Both the position numbers and the translations under genes were made by a program. Below, piece by piece: positions 23,464 to 32,976 of a stretch of DNA of 64,000 bases (position 1 is the first letter of the stretch; each line of letters starts with the position of its first letter). The notes under the pieces were generated by a model. That model ran no database searches. It saw nothing but the letters and a program-made list of their open reading frames with translations, and was not told where the DNA came from. Location: positions 42,984 through 106,983 of the forward strand of contig JBOFUV010000131.1 in the NCBI GenBank assembly GCA_051652765.1, read 5' to 3'. Origin of the DNA: Microcoleaceae cyanobacterium (GTDB lineage: Bacteria; Cyanobacteriota; Cyanobacteriia; Cyanobacteriales; Microcoleaceae).

Positions 23464-24690
23464 TTGAACGTTCAATCGGAGCAGATTAAGCAGCTCATTG
23501 TTAATATTGATGGAGCCTTAAGCCAATCTAACCCCCGTCCCCCCTTAGTGGTGATGGGAGATACTGTGTTGCACTCGCGCCAAGTTCTTGAACAGGTTCG
23601 CAGCTATCTGCTGTCCCTTCAGCAAGAGCTGAATTTAGAGTCCTCTGCTGAACTAAACTCTCCCAGTGCCCCATCGGAAAACCTGCCAGAATCCTTAAAA
23701 CAATTTCTTCAGCAGGAGTTCACGGTGCTTCATGCTCAAATTATTCAGGGGTTCCAGCAGGAGATCAAGACCCTACAACAAAACCAAGCGCGGTTGCTTC
23801 AGGAAATTCGTCACCTTCAGGGGGAGCAAAAGTCAAGCCCAGTTCCAATTCCTGACCGTCCTCGGCCTCCTCTCCCTCTCCCCTTTCGCCCGAAGATTCC
23901 CCTACCCCCCCCTCCAGCTTCTCGGCAATTTACGGTACTCCCTACACCTCCCAAGTCCGAAGAGTTTATGCCCGATGGGAGTGCAGACATGCTTCGCCAG
24001 CCACCTCAGCATTCTTCTATCAGCCCCGTGATCTCAGGAACAGATCTTCCTTGGCCTTCTGTTCCTGAAACCCCAGTTCTTAAGACCCCAGTTCTTGGGA
24101 GCAACGATCTGGGTTTAGAAATTGGATTAGAGCCTCTTGCAGAGTTGAGGGATATTTTTGGCCAAATAGACCTGGATGCCTCTCAGCCTCAGTCCCAGGA
24201 TCAAATTCAGGCCCATACTTTGGCTACTCCTGTTGTTCAGGAACCTCAAGAGCCTGACCTCGAAGAAGAGTATGAAACGTGGCTACAAGAGGACTATATC
24301 CATGCCTCTCCGGATGAAGACTTGTTGCCGACTCAAGACACTATCAACTCCATCAGTCAAGTAGAGTCGCGTTTTTTAGTGGAGAAGCAAACCTTAGAAC
24401 AACTTGAAGTTGATCTCATGTCTTTGGAGCAACCGGAGACAGAAGAACAGACCCAAATTCAGTTAGGTGCGACAGAGAACCAGACGGACGCAGAAACGGG
24501 ACTGAGCTTAAAGGATTTGACATTGGAAAATGTACTGTCAGAACAGAGGCTAAACCTGGGTCAGCAACCGTTCGATACTCTAGGGCTTGATCAGCCAGAT
24601 CGAGACGAATTGCCAACTCTAGAGCAACTCGCAGATAAGTTTGGCACTGAGTTTGGCACTGAATCAGGAGAACTAGATGACCCTCGCTAA
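23464..24690 (+). CDS. Hypothetical coiled-coil, Pro-rich, acidic protein
   Basis: 408-aa ORF, low complexity. Confidence 0.7.
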   Translation: MNVQSEQIKQLIVNIDGALSQSNPRPPLVVMGDTVLHSRQVLEQVRSYLLSLQQELNLESSAELNSPSAPSENLPESLKQFLQQEFTVLHAQIIQGFQQEIKTLQQNQARLLQEIRHLQGEQKSSPVPIPDRPRPPLPLPFRPKIPLPPPPASRQFTVLPTPPKSEEFMPDGSADMLRQPPQHSSISPVISGTDLPWPSVPETPVLKTPVLGSNDLGLEIGLEPLAELRDIFGQIDLDASQPQSQDQIQAHTLATPVVQEPQEPDLEEEYETWLQEDYIHASPDEDLLPTQDTINSISQVESRFLVEKQTLEQLEVDLMSLEQPETEEQTQIQLGATENQTDAETGLSLKDLTLENVLSEQRLNLGQQPFDTLGLDQPDRDELPTLEQLADKFGTEFGTESGELDDPR

Positions 24691-24736
24691 CGGCTGGTTA
24701 ATCTGGGTTGATTCAGTTGATGAACCAGCTTAGGAC

Positions 24737-25402
24737 TTAGTTCTGAATCTTCTCAACATAGCCCCAAAGGCTATAGTCTCGGCTCAGCCAGCCATTAAAA
24801 AATGCCATTTGACTAGAATCTTCCTGAACTCGCTTGTAGCGGTAAAGAATGCGCTCATTCACAATTTGCAAAGCCGTGTACTTACTATTCCCCAGTTTCA
24901 GAGCTTCGAGGGTGGGCGCATCAAATCGCCCAGTTTGAGGAAGTCCTAAAGCTTGCTGAAGAAAGGTAATAGAGTTCTCAATGCCAAAGTTTACAGCGGT
25001 ATCAAACATCACAATGGCAAGGGCAGGATGCATCGTCGCTGCGGCGCTGCCGTCCCAATAGCCATCATAGACTTCTAACAACTCAGTCTCCGACATCTGA
25101 GCAACATCAAGGGGAGGCAAGCTTCGCCGAGCCCGATAGGCATTGTACTCAGTCTGCAAAATACCCTTGTAGGTTCTGCCGCCTTTGTCTGCTGGATGGT
25201 CGCTTAATCCCCCTTCAAAATAGAGCGTAAAAGCCAATGCCGCATCAAATAGCTTTTGCTCGTACCCTTTGCTTTGAGCCTGCAATACCGTCTGAGTAGC
25301 AAGAGGAACGGTCACTGTAAACGCCAACAATGCTAAGCCTTGGATAAACTTTGACCTTAGACCCTGCTTTAGACGGGAGGGAACATATTGCTGCTGATTC
25401 AT
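24737..25402 (-). CDS. Glycoside hydrolase family 108 (lysozyme-like) with signal/TM segment
   Basis: FEGGLSDHPADKGGRTYKGI, FDTAVNFG, FFNGWLSR. Confidence 0.85.
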   Translation of the reverse strand: MNQQQYVPSRLKQGLRSKFIQGLALLAFTVTVPLATQTVLQAQSKGYEQKLFDAALAFTLYFEGGLSDHPADKGGRTYKGILQTEYNAYRARRSLPPLDVAQMSETELLEVYDGYWDGSAAATMHPALAIVMFDTAVNFGIENSITFLQQALGLPQTGRFDAPTLEALKLGNSKYTALQIVNERILYRYKRVQEDSSQMAFFNGWLSRDYSLWGYVEKIQN

Positions 25403-25678
25403 AAGCTGTTGATTGGTAAGCTAACTTACGAGGTTTTCGCCTAAACTTTTTCACCTAAGATTGAAACCCAAAGACTTAACCTAAAGGTCTGCTTCAAAAG
25501 TTTACCTTGGAATGGGAGGAAATTGCGGTGGCAAGTCAACTAATATCGGTAAAAACCCACTCCTGACATCATCTCTGCCCCAGCAGAGCAGAATATAGAG
25601 AGTGCTAAAAAACCTGATATGGTGCATAGTACAGAATTTCCTCGATTATTCTAGATAAAATAGATTTGAACGGTTGTA

Positions 25679-27898
25679 ATGCACTCTGACTCCGACTCGA
25701 TTTCTGCACCTCTAACCCCGTCTTTAACCCCTCAGTCTTCCGAAACTCTGATTCAAACGGCAGAACAATATTGTGCTCAGGCCAAGTGGAGTGAGGCGAT
25801 CGCCCTCTGTCAACAGGCAATTCAAGACCAACCGGACTGGGCTGTAGCCTATATCACCTTGGGAAATGCTCAACAGGGTCAAGGACAGATTAAGTCTGCC
25901 ATGGAGTCCTATCAACAGGCCCTAAACCTAAACCCACAGTTGGCTCAAGCTTGGGTTAATTTGGGCAGCATGTTCTATAAGCAACAGGAGTTGTCTCAGG
26001 CGATCGCCCATTATCGTCAGGCGATTGTCCTGAACCCTAATCTCACTGCCGCCTATTGGAATTTGGCTCTGGCTTTAAAACACCAAGGCTTAATCTCTGA
26101 GGCTACGGCTGTTGAACAGCAAGCTCAAACCCTTCAAGCCCAAGCCCTTCAGGTTAGCCAAGGTGACCCAATCACCCTGCTCCATCAAGGCAATCACCTG
26201 GCTGCCCAAGGGAAGTTGGAGGATGCTCTCACCCACTGGCAACATGCGATTTCACTGAAACCTGATTTTGTCCCAGCCTACTGTCAAATCGGCATGATCT
26301 TGCGCCATCAAGGAAAGACCTCACAGGCCCTTCCTTGGTTCGAGAAAGCCCTGGAATTGCAACCTGGTTTTGTTCTGGCCCATCAGCATCGATGTGGCAT
26401 TCTCAGGGACGCTGGAGACTTTGCTGCTGCTCGAAAAGCCGTGAATCAATACGCCATTGCCTGTGAGGCCCAAGACCCGATCATGACGGCCATTTATTTG
26501 ATCAGCACCTATCAAGTTTCGGGCTTGAATCAGATTGCGCAGGAACGGTTTCTGGAGTTGGAGGCCGCTCTAGACCCAGGGATGACCCAAGCAACTCCTG
26601 TTGAACTTAATCCCGTTGAACTCAAAGCTCTCTATGCCAATCTGCTCTTTAGCCTGCCCTATCTGCGGGACAATTTAGAGCAAAACTATCGGTTGCAGCA
26701 CCGAATTGCTAGCCTGTACCGGCATCAGATGCTTGAATCTAATTCTCCTCAAAGCATTGCTGGATACAAGCCAAAATCTGGCAAAACTCCGTTGAAAATT
26801 GGTATTCTCTCCAATCATTTCAACCGCCATTCCGTGGGCTGGTGTAGTGCTGACATTATTCGAGAACTGGCTCACCAGGGTGCTGAAATTTACCTGTATT
26901 GCACCGATCGACTGAACCGAGATGATCGGACGGCTATCTTTGAACAAGTGGCTCAAAAATTCTATCTCCCCGCCCATTATCCAAATGGACTCGTCAATTC
27001 TGCCGAGATTGTCCAGGCCATTCGGACGGATCAACTGGATATTCTCCTAGACCTGGATTCTCTGAGTTTGCCTGTTAATACAGAAATTCTTTGCCAACGC
27101 CCTGCACCGGTCTGTATTTCTTGGTTGGGGTTTGATGCCCCTCAAGTCTCCTCGCACAATTACTTTCTGTGTGATTGGCATACCCATCCGCCGGGACAAG
27201 ACCAATATTACACTGAAAAACTAGTGAGGATGCCGGATACCTTTGTTGCAGTCTCAGGCTTTGCTCAACAGTCTGAAGGAATGACCGATCTTCGCAAAGC
27301 CCACCGGATTGATTCCGATCAAGTGGTCTACCTCTGTGTTGCGCCCGGTCGTAAGTTTAGCCGAGAACTTGCTCAGGCTCAAGTTGCTATCCTTCAACAC
27401 GTTCCCAATAGTATCTTGATTCATAAAGCCTTCGGGGATCGGAATGTATTTCAGTCAACCTATGAAGAGTTCTGTGAAGCCGCAAGGGTGAGTCGGCATC
27501 GAATCAAATTTTTGGATCGATTTCCGACCGAGGAGGAGCATCGCAAAATCTATGGCATGGCCGATATTGTCCTCGATTCCTATCCCTACAACGGCGGAAC
27601 TCATAGCTTAGAAGCGCTGTGGTTTAATGTGCCACTGGTAACCTTGAAAGGCCATCAATTTCTCTCGCGAATGGGCTATTCCTTCCTCAAAGGAGTTGGT
27701 GTAGAATTTGGTGTTGCTGAGTCTTGGGAAGAATACATTGACTACGGAATCCGCCTGGGTCAAGACTCGGAACTCCGACACACCATAGAAAACCAGCTAA
27801 AGCAGGCTAAAGACCCAACTCGACTTGCGCCATTGTGGAACCCAGCTCGGTTTGCTCAAAGCCTCTATCCGATTCTAGAAAAATTACTGATGCAGTAA
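25679..27898 (+). CDS. TPR-containing O-GlcNAc transferase (SPINDLY/GT41 family)
   Basis: N-terminal TPRs; HFNRHSVG, DILLDLD, LDSYPYNGGTHSLEALW. Confidence 0.88.
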   Translation: MHSDSDSISAPLTPSLTPQSSETLIQTAEQYCAQAKWSEAIALCQQAIQDQPDWAVAYITLGNAQQGQGQIKSAMESYQQALNLNPQLAQAWVNLGSMFYKQQELSQAIAHYRQAIVLNPNLTAAYWNLALALKHQGLISEATAVEQQAQTLQAQALQVSQGDPITLLHQGNHLAAQGKLEDALTHWQHAISLKPDFVPAYCQIGMILRHQGKTSQALPWFEKALELQPGFVLAHQHRCGILRDAGDFAAARKAVNQYAIACEAQDPIMTAIYLISTYQVSGLNQIAQERFLELEAALDPGMTQATPVELNPVELKALYANLLFSLPYLRDNLEQNYRLQHRIASLYRHQMLESNSPQSIAGYKPKSGKTPLKIGILSNHFNRHSVGWCSADIIRELAHQGAEIYLYCTDRLNRDDRTAIFEQVAQKFYLPAHYPNGLVNSAEIVQAIRTDQLDILLDLDSLSLPVNTEILCQRPAPVCISWLGFDAPQVSSHNYFLCDWHTHPPGQDQYYTEKLVRMPDTFVAVSGFAQQSEGMTDLRKAHRIDSDQVVYLCVAPGRKFSRELAQAQVAILQHVPNSILIHKAFGDRNVFQSTYEEFCEAARVSRHRIKFLDRFPTEEEHRKIYGMADIVLDSYPYNGGTHSLEALWFNVPLVTLKGHQFLSRMGYSFLKGVGVEFGVAESWEEYIDYGIRLGQDSELRHTIENQLKQAKDPTRLAPLWNPARFAQSLYPILEKLLMQ

Positions 27899-28089
27899 GC
27901 GTAAAGCTGCTCGCGGGACTCCTGTCGAACTTTGCCGTCAATTGCTGCATTTTGCAACTGAATAAAGGCATCAAAGTCAATCCGACTATACTTTGTCCTC
28001 TGAAGTAAGTGTCTCAACCTTGCCTCAGCCTCAAGAGACAAATAACCAGTATTGAGAATCTTTTGAACCAGTTGGGAAATTGTATCCAT
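27865..28089 (-). CDS. Small conserved cyanobacterial hypothetical protein
   Basis: ISQLVQKILNTGYLSLEAE...LQNAAIDGKVRQESRE. Confidence 0.7.
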   Translation of the reverse strand: MDTISQLVQKILNTGYLSLEAEARLRHLLQRTKYSRIDFDAFIQLQNAAIDGKVRQESREQLYAYCISNFSRIG

Positions 28090-28414
28090 CTATACTTGAA
28101 CACCTAAACTACCCAGAGTAATAGCAGTAACGCAGCAAGCTCAGCTTTATACCCTGGCCAAGAAATTTACCATGCCTAGCTAATCTTTACAAGTCTTTAT
28201 ATTTTTACGGTAATTCCTTCTGCGGAAAGTTTTTAAATTCAAGACAGCAGCGCCGCTAATTTAAGAATGAGTAACAGAGGCAACAGCTCTAGTTGCACCA
28301 GTGACTCTAGCAGAACCGCGATCGCCTTTACGACTGATGACGTTCTCTTAATGTATTTCTCTTGACCTGCAATTTAATTTTGGTGAGGGACTCCGCCCTT
28401 GATCTCTCCCACAA

Positions 28415-30358
28415 ATGGCCAGTCAGCCCTATGATGAGAATGTTTATTTTTGTGGTGTGAGGAGAGTTGGTGTGAGTCAATCAGATGTCGTTGCCCTAGC
28501 ACGGCGGGGAAATGCCGATGCGATCGCAGAGCTAATCGATCAAGCCCTACAGCCCCAACGAGTTAGTGCTAAGGCAACGCGGCGAGATCATCATCTTTAT
28601 ATTTTGCTAGAGTCAGAAGCGCTTCCCGAGCAATTAGCCTGTATTCGAGTGGTACAAAACGGGATGCTCAGACTGGAAGCTGCAGGCATTCAGTTTGTTA
28701 CTGTTGTTGGGCAGCAGGTCGGCAAACAAGCCTTTGGCTGGACACACACCCTAAAGTTTCAACCCCCGGTTCAACCTCATACGCCAAGCGGGAAGACCTC
28801 CATTCAACCCTTTCAGCGCCAACCCAAGTCAACCCCTCATCCCCAACCCACTGATCAATCGGTCTCTCCTGATCTGCCCCAGAACCAGCCCCAGAGTCAA
28901 CCCACTCCCCTAAAACCGCCAGTCTACTTTCCCAAAGTACAGCCCAAAGTACAACCCAAAGTAGCTTCTGCCCCAAGTGCTTCGGTTCAGCCACCTGAAG
29001 TCGTTCCCAGTCCCAACCTTCCCCCTCCAATCCCTCACGCTGAAGCATCTCCCTCAACCAAACGGCCCGTTCCCTTCAAATCTCTACTGATGGCGGGGTC
29101 GATCGGGTTAATGATGGCTCCACTGTCTGGTTGGTTATTGGCTCTACCTCAAGAGAAAATCTCTGGCTTTTTCCAACAAACCCTGCCCCAGACCGTTGCC
29201 TCCGTTCCCGAAGCAGCCTCCTCGGTCTGGGAGCAAGGGGCAAATGCAATTCAGATTGACTTGCCAGCACTCCCTTTTTTGGGAAATAACCCTAACGTTC
29301 TGACACCCAAAGGGATTTCTTCTAATGCAACCCTAAAAAACCTGACCACCGTTTCAGAGCTTGCCCTGACTACGATTCAGAACCCAGTTAGTCCAGACAC
29401 CCGGATTAAGCTAAAAGCGGTCGGTGACATCATTCCTGGAACCAATTATCCCTCCAATAAGCTGCATCCCGAGAAAGAGATACTATTCCAGTCTGTGAAA
29501 CCGATTCTGGCGGGATCGGATATTTTATTTGGGAATTTTGAAAGCACCCTCACAACCTATCCCAATAGCGCCAAGAGTATGGGGGGGCTGGTGTTTGCCT
29601 TTAGAACGCCTCCAGAATACACATCAATTTTGCAGGATGCTGGATTTGATATTTTGAGCGTTGCCAATAATCACTCTTTTGACTTCTTTGAGGCTGGGTT
29701 TAATGACACCATTAAAAACATCGACAAGACTGGAATGAAAGCGGTTGGTAGGCGGGATCAGATTGTTTATCACGAGGTCAAAGGGGTCAAGTTTGCTTTC
29801 ATTGGGTTTAGCTATTTCCCAGTTCACAATAATATGTTAGACACTAAAGCGTCTAAAGCTATTGTCAAAAAAGCGGATCAAGAGGCTGATATTGTCGTTG
29901 TTTCAGTTCATGCGGGCGCAGAGGGAACAGCCGCACTACACACGCGCGATCGCACAGAGTATTTCTATGGCGAAAATCGTGGCAATAAAGTTGAGTTTGC
30001 CCACGCCATGGTTGATGCTGGGGCTGATTTGATTCTCGGTCACGGCCCCCACGTACCTCGAGCGATGGAACTCTACAACGGTAAATTAATTGCCTATTCC
30101 CTCGGGAACTTCATGGGATACCGTACCCTATCTGCCCAGGGTGAACTTGGTTATTCCCTGGTGCTAGAAGCTGACCTTGACCCTGTTGGCAATTTCAAAG
30201 GGGGAAAAATTATCCCCGTCCGCCTGACGAGCCAGGGTATTCCCTATCCAGATGATCAAGGCCGTAGTATCGGACTGATTCGCGACTTGACCCAAAGTGA
30301 TTTTTCCAAGACTTCCCTTAAAATTGATGGCCAAGGGACTCTGATCATTCAAGAATAA
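28415..30358 (+). CDS. CapA family (metallophosphatase-fold) protein with N-terminal extension
   Basis: AVGDII, GNFES, ANNHSFD, VHAGAEG, GHGPHV, YSLGNF. Confidence 0.88.
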   Translation: MASQPYDENVYFCGVRRVGVSQSDVVALARRGNADAIAELIDQALQPQRVSAKATRRDHHLYILLESEALPEQLACIRVVQNGMLRLEAAGIQFVTVVGQQVGKQAFGWTHTLKFQPPVQPHTPSGKTSIQPFQRQPKSTPHPQPTDQSVSPDLPQNQPQSQPTPLKPPVYFPKVQPKVQPKVASAPSASVQPPEVVPSPNLPPPIPHAEASPSTKRPVPFKSLLMAGSIGLMMAPLSGWLLALPQEKISGFFQQTLPQTVASVPEAASSVWEQGANAIQIDLPALPFLGNNPNVLTPKGISSNATLKNLTTVSELALTTIQNPVSPDTRIKLKAVGDIIPGTNYPSNKLHPEKEILFQSVKPILAGSDILFGNFESTLTTYPNSAKSMGGLVFAFRTPPEYTSILQDAGFDILSVANNHSFDFFEAGFNDTIKNIDKTGMKAVGRRDQIVYHEVKGVKFAFIGFSYFPVHNNMLDTKASKAIVKKADQEADIVVVSVHAGAEGTAALHTRDRTEYFYGENRGNKVEFAHAMVDAGADLILGHGPHVPRAMELYNGKLIAYSLGNFMGYRTLSAQGELGYSLVLEADLDPVGNFKGGKIIPVRLTSQGIPYPDDQGRSIGLIRDLTQSDFSKTSLKIDGQGTLIIQE

Positions 30359-30401
30359 GTTGATTCAAGCATGGTTGATTCAAGCATGGTTGATTCAAGC
30401 A
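30359..30401 (+). repeat. Short tandem repeat, about three copies of a 15-bp unit (gttgattcaagcatg)
   Basis: Direct reading. Confidence 0.8.
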
Positions 30402-30496
30402 CAAAATTCTCAGGTTTCTTGAAAACTCACTCATCTAGACCATACTGTTGTAAACTTTTGTGTATAAACTTTTATTAAAGTTCATTCAAAATTCTC

Positions 30497-30919
30497 ATGG
30501 TTGAGCAGCCTCTGATTTTATCTCCAATTTATCTGACTGTGCTACTGTCCACTGTTTTTGCAGTAATCAGTGGCCTGATTTTTAAGGATATGCTGGAATA
30601 TTGGGTGGATCGTTGGAGTGAAAACCCGACAACCGATCTTTACTACAAGACTCCAGATTTAGTGCTTGCTTACATTGCAACGACTGTCCTGATTACCCTA
30701 AGTGTTGCTAGCAGTTTAGTTGTGTTTGTTCCGAGTTACTGGATTGCGGGAACATTGGGTGTCCTTGTTGTCATGCCAACGGCCTTTTTGATCTGGGTAC
30801 AGTTGGGTTCTATGCTGAAACTTTTAGAAACCCGTGGATTAGAGGCGGTTGACCTAGATCTGGTCATCAATCCTCCAGTTCAAGACATTCAGCCTCAGTC
30901 TCTGGTGAATAAAGGGTAG
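30497..30919 (+). CDS. Hypothetical membrane protein
   Basis: Three hydrophobic segments; GLIFKDMLEY and WVQLGSML motifs. Confidence 0.75.
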   Translation: MVEQPLILSPIYLTVLLSTVFAVISGLIFKDMLEYWVDRWSENPTTDLYYKTPDLVLAYIATTVLITLSVASSLVVFVPSYWIAGTLGVLVVMPTAFLIWVQLGSMLKLLETRGLEAVDLDLVINPPVQDIQPQSLVNKG

Positions 30920-31151
30920 AACAATTAGCCAGAATTATCAAAGGTATAAGTTCTTGTTAACCCTACTGAGCACCCTTGCATAATTTTGTACGAGTTCGTT
31001 ATGATTAGTTTATCCTAAGCTAATTTCCATGTCGAAAGTTAGTTTAGATTGCTGGACTTAAGCAGCTTCAAATTAGAGTCTAAGGTGAAAGACCTGAAAG
31101 TGATTGGACTTTAGTGTGGAAATTGTTACTGTAGCAAGGAGCCGTCGTTAC

Positions 31152-31292
31152 ATGGAATATATTGAAAAGGTGTTGGAAAAGCTGAGAGAGTGGGCTGAGA
31201 AGGTCATTGAAGCTCTTCTAGGGCCACAAGCGCACCCAGCGCCTGAGCCAATTCCAGTTCCAGTTGAAGATCTTGGACGCTACCGTCGCTGA
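31152..31292 (+). CDS. Small conserved hypothetical protein
   Basis: AGGAG upstream; MEYIEKVLEKLREW..IEALLGP..PEPIPVPV. Confidence 0.65.
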   Translation: MEYIEKVLEKLREWAEKVIEALLGPQAHPAPEPIPVPVEDLGRYRR

Positions 31293-31312
31293 ATGGGTGA
31301 GGCATTATATTT

Positions 31313-31759
31313 TTGTCTAATGTGCTGAGCATTTTAGTACTGCATGGCCCAAACCTAAACTTATTGGGTCAGCGGGAGCCTGAAGTTTATGGAAAGGTTA
31401 CCCTAGCAAGCATTAACCAGATGTTAATGAGTGATGCGAAGGATTTTGGTGTGAGTCTTTCAATTGAGCAGTCCAATCACGAAGGGGTTCTGATCGATCA
31501 GATCCAGCTCGCCGGTGGATGTTTCCAGGGAATTGTGATTAATCCTGGTGCTTTCACCCATACCAGCGTGGCGATTCGGGATGCCCTTGCAGCAGTTGAA
31601 GTTCCAGCAGTTGAGGTTCATCTTAGTAATATCTATTCCAGGGAAGCTTTCCGGCATCACTCTTTCATTGCTCCAGTTGTTATTGGTCAAATTAGCGGTT
31701 TTGGTGCAGAGAGTTATCGCCTTGGTTTGAGGGCACTGGTGAGTTTTTTGGGATGCTAG
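31313..31759 (+). CDS. aroQ: Type II 3-dehydroquinate dehydratase
   Basis: [40 protein letters not shown]. Confidence 0.96.
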   Translation: MSNVLSILVLHGPNLNLLGQREPEVYGKVTLASINQMLMSDAKDFGVSLSIEQSNHEGVLIDQIQLAGGCFQGIVINPGAFTHTSVAIRDALAAVEVPAVEVHLSNIYSREAFRHHSFIAPVVIGQISGFGAESYRLGLRALVSFLGC

Positions 31760-31815
31760 GAGTAAGCTTGGTAAGTGGAGAAGGTTTCTGGTTGAGAGCC
31801 TTAGGAGATGGGTAA

Positions 31816-32889
31816 ATGCGCTGCCTAGTTTTGAGTCAGTTTCAGGCTTCCCTACTTGGAGCATTTTTAGGTAACACCTTAGGTAGCACCTTAGGTAGCA
31901 CTTTAGGGGGCAAGGATTTGTCGTCCCTAATCATAGCGCCAACTTCTAGTGCCAGTTTGAAGCTTCAGGCTGCTTCGAGTTTTACGGAGCATAATGTTGC
32001 TCTTTCTGGCTTGCTGAGGGTAGCTCAGATGCTAATTCAGTCCCAGTCAGTTCAGCAAGTGGGTTGGGATCGCGTTTGGTTTCAGGTCGAGGGAAAGTAC
32101 CCTAGGAAGATTGAACCAAGCTTTGGTGCAGCAGCAGTTGCTGTTCTGCCAATTGCTTTGTTATTCCATGAAAGTTCTGTTGAACGGGATCGTCAGCTTC
32201 AGTCTATTTCCCAAGCTTGGTGGCCTTGTGTGTTGGAGATTGCTCAAATTGAGGTTATGGTTGCTTTATCAGGGGCGGTTGCTTTCGCCTGTCTAGGAAT
32301 CCTCAATCCGGCAAGGCTCATTCCCCAGATTCTTTCAAGACTCAGCCCGAATTCGATTCTAACAAACCAACTTCAGCAGGTTCAGGGATTTATTGAGCGC
32401 CGGGATGGTTTAGGAACTGTACTTGAATCAATGAATCAGTCTCTGCAAGATTGCAAAGTTTCTGCCTTGCATCAACTCTATCGAGACAGCTTAGCAGTTT
32501 CATTGGCGTTTTACTGCTTTCTCGATACTCCAGAAGATTTCTCGCTAACGCTGCTGCGGGCTGCCCATACAAGTTCTTTCGCCCCATTAACTAGTATATT
32601 CAGTGGGATGCTTTCAGGAGCCTATAACGGTTTGGAGACTATTCCGGTAGGATGGCGCTCAAGCTTGAGACAGCTTAACCAAGGTGAACGAGTGAGTCAG
32701 GTTGAACCCGAGTTTTCAGATGATCTCGAGGCAGTTTCCCCAGGGTTCAGAGAGCCATTTGGGCGTGAAGAGAAAATTTTACAGCTTGGAAGTCAACTTT
32801 TTGCGCTGTGGTCAGGGGCTTACAACCCAGCAACATCAAACTTTCAGGCTGACTGCGTTACTGCTGTGGCATCCGCTTCAGAGATTTGA
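31816..32889 (+). CDS. ADP-ribosylglycohydrolase-like protein (degenerate active site)
   Basis: FQASLLGAFLG, LAFYCFLDTPEDF, GMLSGAYNGLETIP. Confidence 0.75.
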   Translation: MRCLVLSQFQASLLGAFLGNTLGSTLGSTLGGKDLSSLIIAPTSSASLKLQAASSFTEHNVALSGLLRVAQMLIQSQSVQQVGWDRVWFQVEGKYPRKIEPSFGAAAVAVLPIALLFHESSVERDRQLQSISQAWWPCVLEIAQIEVMVALSGAVAFACLGILNPARLIPQILSRLSPNSILTNQLQQVQGFIERRDGLGTVLESMNQSLQDCKVSALHQLYRDSLAVSLAFYCFLDTPEDFSLTLLRAAHTSSFAPLTSIFSGMLSGAYNGLETIPVGWRSSLRQLNQGERVSQVEPEFSDDLEAVSPGFREPFGREEKILQLGSQLFALWSGAYNPATSNFQADCVTAVASASEI

Positions 32890-32976
32890 TCAGGTTTAGT
32901 GATTGTACTCGCTGAGAATCCCCTTAGAATAATCATGGTAGGACTGCATCTATTTCAATCTCGCCTATCGATTTAG

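Noticed and set aside
30359..30401. Tandem repeats as a possible CRISPR array
   Set aside because: Contiguous 15-bp units without spacers; no cas genes in the window
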